Shown piece by piece: positions 28,644 to 38,881 of a DNA stretch of 64,000 nucleotides. Location of the stretch: assembly GCA_037200905.1 (NCBI GenBank), contig JBBCGN010000004.1, positions 4,038 through 68,037 of the forward strand. The letters are read 5' to 3'. The DNA is from a bacterium (lineage in GTDB: Bacteria > Patescibacteriota > Minisyncoccia > Phycocordibacterales > UBA9973). Within the stretch, counting starts at the first letter, position 1, and the number at the start of each line of letters is the position of its first letter. The notes beneath the pieces are model-generated. The model did no database searches. It saw nothing but the letters and a program-made list of their open reading frames with translations, and was not told the origin of the DNA. The translations under genes were made by a program, and so were the position numbers.

Positions 28644-30925
28644 ATGAGACTACGAAAAATTTTCCTATTCCTTCTGCTCATTGCCATCCTTGCCGTTCCT
28701 TCGGCGCGGCATGCATCGGCAAGCACGCTGGCCGGCTACTGGAAATTTGACGAAGGTTCCGGCACCGCCGCCACTGACAGCAGCAGCCAAGGCAATGACG
28801 GCACGCTCGTGGGCGGAGGCGTGAGCTATAGCAATGAGGAAACCGCACCGACGTCTGCGGACAATCCGTACAGTTTGCAGTTCAACGGCGCAAGCGGCAC
28901 AGGGGTGCATGTGCCCGATGATTCGTCTCTTGATATGACGACGGCCGCGACCGTGCTCGCCTGGGTGTACTGGGACGGCACCGGCGGCGACAACGTCGTG
29001 GTGGACAAGAGCAACACCGCCGGCGGCGATACTCCGAATTACCGCTTGATAGTCAAAGGCAACGGCAAGCTGGCGATATGGAACGGCTTCAGCGCTTCAG
29101 AGAGCAGCACTGCCATCACTGCGAATACATGGACGCTCGTGAATTTCACTATCAATAACAGCGGCGTGCAGTTCTATATCAATGGCGTGCCGTCCGGCAC
29201 CGGCGGCACCGGACTCGGCGCAGTTACGAACTATGACCTCCTGATAGGCCGCGACGCCATCGGCAGGTATTTCCACGGCTATATCGACGAGGTGCAGATA
29301 TACAACGGACAGCTCTCCGAGGAAGAAATCGGCGACCTTGCTGATGGCGGGGCTCCGCCTCCGCCTGCCCTCGGTACGGCTGGCGACGCTGACGGCATGG
29401 TAGCGCACTGGGCATTCGACGAGACGACGCTGGGAGCTACTGTGGCCGACAGTACCGGCCACGACTATGACGGTACGCCGCTCGCACCGACGGGCCGCAG
29501 CCGTCGACCGATACGCCGACCGATGCGGGCCACAGCCTGTATTTCGACGGCGTCGACGACTATGTCGATATTCCAGACGGATTGGACGATTTCACGGACG
29601 GCATCACCATCACGTTCTGGGCCAAGCCAACCGCGGTGCAGGCATGGTCGCGCGTGTTCGACTTCGGCAACGGCTTTTCCACTGATAACATATTGCTCGC
29701 CCAGGATGGCACTTCCGGGCATGTCACTTTCTTCACGTATTACGATACCAGCGGCGCCGTTTCAGTAACCGACGAATCGGGCTTCGCGCTCAACGAGTGG
29801 CATTACTACACTCTGACGGCTGATACGGAAGGCACTTTGAAAATCTACAGAGACGGCGTGCTCGATGCCGAGGAACCGGAGAGCGGGCACACGCTCGACG
29901 ATATCGTCCGTACGAACAACTTTTTGGGCAAGAGCGACTTGGACGGCGATCCCTTTTACAAGGGATATCTCGACGACATGCGCATCTATAATCGCGCGCT
30001 CGGCGCGAGCGAAGTGACGAACCTGTCGGCAGGGAGGGAGGTGGATGATGGCGGCGCTACTGTTCCCGATGCGCCGGTGCTCAGTTCGGCTACTGCTGAG
30101 GATGAGGACGTGGTGCTCGAATACACGCAACCGTCCGACGGCGGTTCGGATATCACGGGATTCCAGATAGAATACAGTGTGCATGGCGAAGACGATTGGA
30201 CGAGATTGTCGGAGCTGGCAACGGGCACGACCGCCACTGTCAAAGATCTGGACAACGGCACCAACTATGATTTCCGCGTGCGTGCCGTCAACGACATCGG
30301 AGAGAGCGACCCGTCGAACGTATTGACCGCTATGCCGGTGGCGCTCCAGCTCTCTGACCTTATCAGCTGGGGCTCCCTCAGTACGGACAATATTACGGAG
30401 ACAGGAGCGACGCTCGTCGGGCATATCGACATGAGCGCGCTGCTTGATCATTTCGACATAACTGACGAAGCCGATGTCTCGGAATTCTATGAGAGCCTGA
30501 TTTCTTATAACGGCGTGGAATTATTCCTGGGCTTCGTCTTGAGCGATAATGAGACTATCGAACTCATGGAAGACATGCCTGTCCTCGCCGATGCTTTCGA
30601 AGCCCCGAACGACTTCAGCGCCACGCTCGACGGCACCCTCACGTGCGGCACGACGTACGCGTTCGCGCCGGTCTTCGCTACCATAGGCCTGGGCTTCGCT
30701 TTCGATCCGGAAGTGAAGACGTCTTTCACCACCAGTGCATGCGGCGGCGAAGACTCTCCTGCGCCGGCATCGCATGCGCGTAAGTCCGGCCATAGCGGAA
30801 GAAACATATTTGGCCTTATCAATCCGCAACCGGGCAATCCAGAGCTTCCGCCCGTCTTCATAGCGCCGGAACAGCGCGCTCCGCAAGGAGACACCGCCCT
30901 GCCTGTCCGGGATCTCTCCATCGGC
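28644..30925 (+). CDS. Large surface protein: signal peptide, two LamG/concanavalin-like domains, FN3 domain; one frameshift, 3' end uncertain
   Basis: LAGYWKFDEGSGT...YIDEVQIYNGQLSEEEI and SLYFDGVDDYVDIP...YLDDMRIYNRALGASEV (LamG). FN3: PDAPVL...ITGFQIEY...YDFRVRAVNDIGESDPS. Slip near 29490. No in-frame stop before the obg ATG. Confidence 0.65.
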
Positions 30926-31928
30926 ATGAGCGGAGACGATGTGAAGGCATTACAGCTGCTGCTCGTGGCGACGGCGTGGTGCGCTGGCGCCAGGAGAAAT
31001 TCATCCCGAAGGCGGGCCGGCCGGCGGCGATGCCGGCCGCGGCGGAGACTTCTTCGTGCAGGCGGTGCGCGACGTGCACATCCTTTCCAAATACAAGGCT
31101 AAGAAAGATTTCAAAGCCGAGCGCGGCGAAGACGGCGGCAAGAAGAAATTGCATGGCGCCAACGGCGCGGATTTCGTGCTCGAGCTGCCCATCGGCTCCA
31201 TCATCACAAACCTCGCTACCGACGAGAAATACCAGCTCCTCGAAGAAGGCCAGAAGATCATGCTCCTTCGCGGCGGCTACGGCGGCTACGGCAACGAGCA
31301 TTTCAAGAGTTCTATCAATACTACCCCGATGGAGGCGAACGAAGGAGCCGAAGGCGAAAAAGGAGATTTTCATATCGAGCTCGAGCTCTTTGCCGATATG
31401 GGCCTGATCGGCCTGCCGAACGCGGGAAAGTCTTCGCTCTTGAACTCGCTGACCAATGCCTCGGCGAAAGTCGGGGATTATGCCTTTACCACCCTCGATC
31501 CGAATCTCGGCGATTTTTACGGCTACATCATCGCGGACATTCCCGGCATCATCGAGGGCGCCAATGAGGGCAAAGGCCTCGGCGTGAAATTCTTGCGCCA
31601 CATAAAGCGCACCAAGGAGCTCGCGCATCTCGTGTCGTTCGAGAATCTCTCGCTCGGCTCGACCGGCATGATAAAAGTCTACAAGGAGATACGCAAAGAG
31701 CTCGCGAGCTACGACAAGAATCTGGGTCTCGGCGACGAAGGCCTGGCCAGCAAGGAAGAGATCATCATCCTGACCAAGGCCGATACGGTGCCGGATCCGA
31801 AGATCGTGGCCCGCGAAGAAGCGAAATTCAAGAAGCTCGGCAAGAAAGTCTTTACCCTGTCGCTCTATGACGACAAGTCCGTAAAATATCTCTCCGACAG
31901 CCTCATCAAGATCCTCAAAAAGAAATAA
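30926..31928 (+). CDS. obg: GTPase Obg, two frameshifts in the N-terminal domain
   Basis: [50 protein letters not shown] spans three frames (slips near 30975 and 31015). G domain follows: GLIGLPNAGKSSLLN, DIPGIIEGA, TKAD. Confidence 0.8.
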
Positions 31929-31994
31929 AGCGGAATAAGCGGATGCAAAATTATCCTTGCGAAATAAGGCTTTTTATATTATCATGAGCCGTAT

Positions 31995-33419
31995 ATGACA
32001 AACATACGCGCTTTTCTCAAGAAATATAAGACATATCTCATTATCGGCCTGGTCGTGGTAGTAATCGTGGCCCTGGTGGCATTGGGCCATGGCAAGAATA
32101 GCAACCCGGGCTACGCTGTCGCAAAAACGGACGTGACGCAGTCGGTGGTGCTCTCCGGAAAGGTGCAGACTTCCGATCGGGCCGATCTCGGCTTTGCCGC
32201 TTCGGGCAGAGTGGGAAAGATTTTCGTACAGAACAATCAGGCGGTCAAGACCGGCGCAGTGCTCGCGCAGCTTGAAATCCAGGACCTCCTCGCTGATCTC
32301 AAGATCAAGCAGCTGAACTCGACGACTTCGGATGTCACGCTCAAATCCGCGAAGGACAATCTCGACAGAGTGACCTCGCAGGAAAATACCAAGGTGGACA
32401 GCGCGTATCGCAAGCTGCTCTCCGAGGATCTGATCCTCGTGCCGGACGAGGATGATTCTGCCATCGCTCCGCCGACAGTAAGCGGCCTCTATGGCGGCGG
32501 CGAGGGGCAGTATAAGATCATCGTCGACAAGGATCCGACGAATTCCAGCAAAGAGATCATTAGGGTCTTCGGACTTGAAAGAGTCATCGTAAATCTCAAC
32601 GAGAAGAGTTCCACTGAAATAGGCACCAAGGGCCTGTACATATCTTTCCCGCAGGGCGATGCCTCTCCGTACCGCGATACGACGTGGATTCTCGACATCC
32701 CGAACAAGGCCGGCGATTCGTACGTGGCAAATTCCAATGCCTATAACGAAGCCAAAGACGCCCGCGACGTGGCCATCAAGGATGCGCAGTCAAACTATGA
32801 TGAACTATTGTCCGAGCGCGGCGGCGGCGATTCCGTAGCCCAGGCGGAAGTGCAGAAGATCCAGGCGGAAATCGCGAAGAATACTATTTATGCTCCGTTC
32901 GACGGCCGCGTGACGAATATCGAGAAAGAAGTCGGCGAGAACGCTTCCGTCGGAGAGCGCGTCATCTCCATCTTGGGCGAGAGCAAGCTCGAAGTGGTGC
33001 TGCAGGTTTCGGAGCTCGACGTTTCGAAGCTCGTGCTCGGTTCATCGATTGCTCTCACGCTCGACGCCTTTCCGGGCGAGACATTCAACGGCACTCTCTC
33101 GACGGTGAATTCGCGAGACACTACGGTGGAAGGCGTGCCCGTGTATGAAGCGTTCGTAGAATTGCCTGCCGATGCTCGCATCAAGACGGGCATGAGCGCA
33201 AACGGCATCATCATATTGGCTTCAAAGGCTGGCGTGCTCGCCGTGCCTTCGTATCTCATTACTAAAGAAGGCGATACGAGTTCCGTGGAAGTCGAAACCG
33301 CTGACGGCAAGACCGCGAAGCGGGAAATCACCACCGGCCTCATGGGCACCAACAGCATGGTAGAGATAGTCTCAGGATTGAAAGAAGGCGATGTAGTGGC
33401 AGATACTTCAAAGAAATAA
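31995..33419 (+). CDS. HlyD/MacA-type periplasmic adaptor (474 aa)
   Basis: N-terminal TM, coiled-coil region, then IYAPFDGRVTNIEKEVGENAS lipoyl/beta-barrel pattern. Confidence 0.7.
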   Translation: MTNIRAFLKKYKTYLIIGLVVVVIVALVALGHGKNSNPGYAVAKTDVTQSVVLSGKVQTSDRADLGFAASGRVGKIFVQNNQAVKTGAVLAQLEIQDLLADLKIKQLNSTTSDVTLKSAKDNLDRVTSQENTKVDSAYRKLLSEDLILVPDEDDSAIAPPTVSGLYGGGEGQYKIIVDKDPTNSSKEIIRVFGLERVIVNLNEKSSTEIGTKGLYISFPQGDASPYRDTTWILDIPNKAGDSYVANSNAYNEAKDARDVAIKDAQSNYDELLSERGGGDSVAQAEVQKIQAEIAKNTIYAPFDGRVTNIEKEVGENASVGERVISILGESKLEVVLQVSELDVSKLVLGSSIALTLDAFPGETFNGTLSTVNSRDTTVEGVPVYEAFVELPADARIKTGMSANGIIILASKAGVLAVPSYLITKEGDTSSVEVETADGKTAKREITTGLMGTNSMVEIVSGLKEGDVVADTSKK

Positions 33420-33428
33420 AAAGCAGTA

Positions 33429-34713
33429 ATGAAAAAGAATAATTCTTCCAACAAGAAATCGGTAGACACATGGCGAGTGGGCTGGTTCTTGGCATACCGC
33501 CAAGTGAAGAATTCCAACAAAGCTACGACGTTCCTGATCGTCTTCATCATGATGCTGACATTCCTGAACCTCGTGGTGGTATCGGGCATCTTGATCGGCC
33601 TGATCGAAGGCGGCAACAAGGCGAACAAGGAGCAATATACCGGCGACGTCATCATCTCCACTCCGGCCGGAGAGAAAGAGATAAAGCATTCGCACGAGAT
33701 AGAGCAAACCATCGAGACTATTCCGGCGGTTTCCGATATCAGCGTGCGATACTTCGAAGGCGGACAGATCGAGGCGAACTACAAGACGCGACGAGATTTC
33801 AGCGAGCTTGCCGATGTTGCCGGCACGCAGATCACCGGCATTACCGTCGCCGACGAGGGAAAAGCTTTCGCAGCTCTCGAAATACGTCGTCGAAGGAAAT
33901 TTCTTGAATGAATCCGAGAGCGGTTATGTTTTGCTCGGAGCGAACCTCTTGCACCGGTACTCCGCCGATTTCGGCGACGAATTCGCCTCTCTCGAAGGCG
34001 TCTATCCCGGCGACGAGGTGAAGCTCTCAGTCGGGGACAAGACCAAGACGTTCGTCGTCAAAGGCATCATCGATTCGAAAGTGAACCAGGTATCGCTCCG
34101 CGCCTTCATCACCAAAGAAGACTTCTTGCGCCTGGTAGACAGGCCGAGCCTGAACGCCAACGAGATCGCCATGACGATCATGCCGGGTTCCGGCATGACT
34201 GCGGATGCTCTGAAAGAGAGCCTTGTAAAATCAGGTTTTGCCGAAGACGGCAAGATCCAGACCGCCGTGGAAGCCATTCCGGAATTCTTGAACCAGATCC
34301 GCCTGGCGTTCGGGCTGATGGGCAACGTCATCGGACTGATCGGCATCATCGTGGCATCGATCACGATATTCATCGTCATATTCATCAACGCCGTCACGCG
34401 CCGCAAATATATCGGCATCATGAAAGGCATCGGCATCAAGGAGCGGGCCATCGAGATCTCATATATTTTCCAATCCATTTTCTACGCCCTCTCGGGCGGC
34501 ATGCTGGGGCTCGTCGTCGTGTACGGCGTGCTCGTGCCGCTCTTCAACGCGCATCCGATCGATTTCCCGTTCTCCGACGGCATCCTCGTGGCATCGATAG
34601 GCAGCACCATGTTCAAATTCATCCTGCTTCTCATCGTCACTATATTGGCCGGCTATATCCCTGCGCGCAGGATCGTGAAGAAGAACACCTTGGACAGTAT
34701 TTTGGGCAGGTAA
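33429..34713 (+). CDS. ABC transporter permease, FtsX/MacB type, one frameshift
   Basis: N-terminal TM, large periplasmic domain, three C-terminal TM helices of FtsX type. Frames join near 33865 (ITGITVADEGK|LSQLSKYVVEG). Confidence 0.7.
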
Positions 34714-34762
34714 GAGGCTCCGCGCCAAATTGACTTGCGCGGAGTGATTTGCAAAATCATAT

Positions 34763-35449
34763 ATGAAAAGAAATATCATTACAATCAAAAATTTATACAA
34801 GACCTATTTCACCAAGCACAACGAGACGCCGGTGCTGAAAGATATCAGTCTCGAAGTAGTGGAAGGGGAATTCCTCGGCATCATGGGAAAGTCAGGTGCC
34901 GGCAAGTCCACTCTGATGTACCAGATAGGTTTGCTTGACCGTCCGACCAAGGGCGAGATCATCATCGACGGCGTGAACACCGAAAAGCTAACCGTTGCCG
35001 AGCAGACGGACATGCGCCTCGACTCGCTCGGCTACGTGTTTCAGGATTATGCCCTCCTGCCGGAACTGACTGCTCTCGAGAACGTCATGATCCCGCTCCT
35101 CATGAAAGGCGACTCGAAAGCCGAAGCCAGAAAAATTTCAAAAAATATTCTCGACAGAGTAGGGCTATTGCACCGTATCGACAACAGGCCGAGCCAGCTC
35201 TCCGGCGGCGAGCAGCAGCGCGTCTCCATCGCCCGTGCCATGGCCCATGATCCGAAGATATTGTTCGCCGACGAGCCGACGGCGAACCTCGACACGGCTT
35301 CGGGCCGCTCCATCATCGATCTCTTCCAGGAGATCCATGCCAAGGGCCAGACCATCGTCATGGTCACTCACGAAGAAGAATACGCAAAGTACTGCGACCG
35401 CGTGGTCTATCTCGAAGACGGAAAGATCGTCAAAGAGCACAAGAAATAA
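34763..35449 (+). CDS. ABC transporter ATP-binding protein (MacB/LolD type)
   Basis: Walker A GKSGAGKST, signature LSGGEQQRVSIARA, Walker B ILFADEPT. Confidence 0.9.
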   Translation: MKRNIITIKNLYKTYFTKHNETPVLKDISLEVVEGEFLGIMGKSGAGKSTLMYQIGLLDRPTKGEIIIDGVNTEKLTVAEQTDMRLDSLGYVFQDYALLPELTALENVMIPLLMKGDSKAEARKISKNILDRVGLLHRIDNRPSQLSGGEQQRVSIARAMAHDPKILFADEPTANLDTASGRSIIDLFQEIHAKGQTIVMVTHEEEYAKYCDRVVYLEDGKIVKEHKK

Positions 35450-35453
35450 TCTT

Positions 35454-36435
35454 TTATTTCGCGAAGAGGGCGTTGAGGTCGAGGATGCGGCCGATGCTCT
35501 CGATAGAACCTGCCTGGATGAACGTCGGAATGCCGAGGATGCAGCCGGAGTTCTTGATGGCCACGCCGCCGGAATTGCCGTGCTCGATCTTGGCCGAGGT
35601 CTTGATGAAGCGCACATCATCATCGAGCTCGTAGCCGGAGATGATGCCGTCGGTAGCCGTGAGCGACGACCCTCCGATCGAAGGATAGCCGAGGATAGAG
35701 ATGTGGTCGCCGATGCTCGTGTTCGAGCAGTACAGGCTCGTGGTGAAGTTCTTGGCGTATTTGGCGAGCTGGGCCATGGTGCCAGGCGTCTCCGTCTCTG
35801 TGGTGAGCTGGGGGATGATATAGGCGAAATCCGTGCCTTCTTTATAGGTGATATAGCCGTTGGTCTGGTACACGAGGTAGTTCGCCGAGTTGCTGTAGTT
35901 CGGATAGACGGCGAGCAGGCATTTCGAAGGGATGCCGTCGGAAGTCTTTACCACATGCAGGCTGGTCTCGACGAAATAGGTAAAGGGAGTGCCCGAAGCG
36001 GAATGATAGAGCACGCCCGAACCCTGGACTTTGTCGCCCTCCGCATCGGCATAACAGACTATCTTTACTACGGAAGGGGCGAGCGTGGAGAGCACGTCGC
36101 TCGAGACGTTGCTCGAGGTGACGTTCGCCGTCTGCGCCTTTGACAGATCACCTTCGAGCTTGGCGATCTGGTCGGTCTTCTCGGCGAGCTTCGTGTCCTG
36201 GTCGGAGAATTTCTGCGCGACAGAGGTGGCGGGTATCGTTCAATTTCGCTTCTGTCTCGGCGAGCTGCTGCGAGAGGTTGTCGATGCGTACTATGTTTGC
36301 TTTGTATGATTGATAGAAGAGATAGACTTGGTAGCCTCCGTAAAAGATAGACACGATGACGAGCGCCAGTACGAGATGCACGTATTTGTTGTTGTAGATG
36401 GTGTGCCGAGTCACAAAGTTTGTACTGTTAATCAT
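35454..36435 (-). CDS. Membrane-anchored trypsin-like serine protease, one frameshift
   Basis: N-terminal TM and coiled coil. Slip near 36237. Protease core includes the catalytic-Ser motif GNSGGVAI. Confidence 0.65.
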
Positions 36436-36509
36436 ACTATATGCGCGCAGGCGAGTAAAACCGGGGCTTTAGACAATGAAGCCTTTAATTGCTATACTTT
36501 TGGATATTT

Positions 36510-37985
36510 ATGGAAGACGAAAGCCCAAAGACTGCGCAGAAATACTATTTTACCGTAGGACTCGAGGTGCATGCCGAACTGAAAACCGCATCGAAGATGT
36601 TCTGCGCCTGCAAGAACGATCCTGACGAGGAGCAGCCGAACACCAACATCTGTCCGGTATGCATGGCGCATCCGGGCGCTCTGCCGGTGCCGAACAAGCG
36701 TGCTATCGAGAACGTCATCAAGGTCGGCCTGGCTATCGGCGGCACTATCGCCGACTTTTCGGAGTTCGACCGCAAGAACTATTTCTATCCCGACATTCCG
36801 AAGGGCTATCAGATTTCCCAGTACAAATACCCGATCGTTTCCGGCGGACACATCGCGGACTTCGACATCACTCGCGTGCACCTCGAAGAAGATACGGCGA
36901 ATAACAAGCATTTCGATGGCGACCCCGCCAAGGACGGGGCAGGTTTCTCATTGATCGATTTCAACCGCGCCGGCGTGCCGCTGTCCGAGCTCGTCACCGA
37001 AGCCCATACGTTTGATTCTCCGGAAGAGACTGCCAAAGCTGCCAGCAGCTTCGCCAAGGAATACCAGCTCCTGCTCCAATACCTCGGCGTGTCGGCCGCG
37101 AACATGGAAAAGGGCGAGATGCGCGTGGAAGCGAACATCAGCGCCTCGACCGACCCGAAGAAATTCGGCACCAAGGTAGAAGTGAAGAATTTGAACTCTT
37201 TCAAGAGCGTCGAGCGGGCCATAAAATTCGAGCTCGATCGCATGGTAGGTTTGCTCGATGAGGGCAAAGGCGCTGATATTGTGCAGGAAACCCGCGGCTG
37301 GGACGAAGGCAAGATGCAGACATTCTCGCAGCGCAAGAAGGAATCGAGCGAGGATTACCGCTATTTCCCGGATCCTGATCTGCCGAAGCTCAAATTGCAC
37401 GAGGCTTTCGACCTGGAAAAGATGAAGAGCGAATTGCCGGAATTGCCGATGATGAAGCGTGCCCGCTTCAAGAAGGATTTCGGCCTGAAGGATGAGGATA
37501 TAGAAGTATTTATCAATGATCCGGCTCTCGCGACTTGGTTCGAAGAAGTGGCGAAGATACTCAATGATCAGGAAAAGGCCAAGATCGCCTCGAACTACAT
37601 CACTACCGACTTCATGGGCCTGCGCAAATCCAATGCGGAAGCCAAGCTGCCTTCCTCGGGGCACTTTGCCGAACTTATCATGCTTATTTTTGAGAACAAG
37701 ATTTCTTCCCGCGGCGCGAAAGATATCCTGGCCATGATCGTAGTCAGTGACGAGTCGCCGCAGAAGATCGCTACTGAAAAGAATATGCTCCAGTCGAACG
37801 ACGAGGGAGCCATCAAGCCTATCGTGGAAAAAATAATCGTCGAGAATCCGGAAGTCATCGCTACGTACAAGGCCGGCAAGGAGAACGCCATCATGTCGCT
37901 CGTGGGCAAAGTCATAAAAGAATCGGGCGGCAGCGCCAATCCGCAAATGGTTATCGAAATGCTCAAGTCTTTGCTTTCCAATTAG
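36510..37985 (+). CDS. gatB: Asp/Glu-tRNA(Asn/Gln) amidotransferase subunit B
   Basis: GLEVHAELKTASKMFCAC...ICPVCMAHPGALPV...DRKNYFYPDIPKGYQISQ, with a YqeY-like tail. Confidence 0.9.
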   Translation: MEDESPKTAQKYYFTVGLEVHAELKTASKMFCACKNDPDEEQPNTNICPVCMAHPGALPVPNKRAIENVIKVGLAIGGTIADFSEFDRKNYFYPDIPKGYQISQYKYPIVSGGHIADFDITRVHLEEDTANNKHFDGDPAKDGAGFSLIDFNRAGVPLSELVTEAHTFDSPEETAKAASSFAKEYQLLLQYLGVSAANMEKGEMRVEANISASTDPKKFGTKVEVKNLNSFKSVERAIKFELDRMVGLLDEGKGADIVQETRGWDEGKMQTFSQRKKESSEDYRYFPDPDLPKLKLHEAFDLEKMKSELPELPMMKRARFKKDFGLKDEDIEVFINDPALATWFEEVAKILNDQEKAKIASNYITTDFMGLRKSNAEAKLPSSGHFAELIMLIFENKISSRGAKDILAMIVVSDESPQKIATEKNMLQSNDEGAIKPIVEKIIVENPEVIATYKAGKENAIMSLVGKVIKESGGSANPQMVIEMLKSLLSN

Positions 37986-38017
37986 CTTTTTAAGCTAATC
38001 AAGGCTAAAATAGACCC

Positions 38018-38881
38018 ATGAAAACTCTGCGCGAATGCATCAAGGAAGCTGGGGACAAGCATGTAGCTATAGGACATTTTAATATCTCGAATCTCGAAGC
38101 CTTGCATGGCATTTATAACGCCGCACGGGCTCTCGACGTGCCGGTCATCATCGGCCTCTCCGAAGGCGAAGAGAAATTCATGGGTCGCGACGAAGCGGCA
38201 GCGCTCATCAAGATGTATCGCGAGCGCGATATGTACCCGATATTCTTGAATGCTGACCATCATGCCAGTTTCGAATCCGCAAAGGCTTGCATCGACGCCG
38301 GCTTCGACATGGTGATTATTGATGGGGCAAAATTGCCGATGGATGAGAATATCACCATGACCAAGCAAGTGGTGGACTATGCCCACGAAATCACCAAGAA
38401 TACCGGCCGCGATATCATCGTCGAAGCGGAGCTTGGCTATATCGGCTCAGGCTCGGATATCAAAGACAGTATTCCGGAAGGCGCAGGCGTGCTCACAAAG
38501 CCTGAGGATGCCAAGGCGTTTGTCGATGCCACCGGCATCGACATGTTCGCGCCATCAGTCGGTTCGATTCATGGCCTGATCAAGACCGGCAAGCCGCATA
38601 TCGATGCGGAACTCGTGAAAAAGATAAAGGAAACCGTCGGCATCCCGCTCGTCTTGCACGGCGGCTCGGGCCTGCGCGACGAGGATTTCATCAATGCCGT
38701 GAAGGCTGGCATTTCCGTCATCCATATCAATTCCGAGCTCCGTCTGGCATACGAGGAAGCCGTGAAGAAATTCGTAAACGAGAACCCTGAAGAGATAAAT
38801 CCGTCGAAAATCCTGAAGCCTGCCGTCGATGCTATCGAGGCAATCGTTTCTGCACGCTTGAGGGCTTTTCAATCCAATCGC
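38018..38881 (+). CDS. fba: Class II fructose-bisphosphate aldolase (288 codons), no stop before the next domain
   Basis: HVAIGHFNISNLE, LNADHH, LVLHGGSG. ATG lies 7 nt after TAAAAT (38006-38011). Reading runs directly into 38882. Confidence 0.8.

Noticed and set aside
30900-30960. [14 protein letters not shown] read as a peptidoglycan-binding domain at the C-terminus of the LamG protein
   Set aside because: The segment continues (across two slips) as [30 protein letters not shown], which is the Obg N-terminal glycine-rich domain. It is the start of obg.
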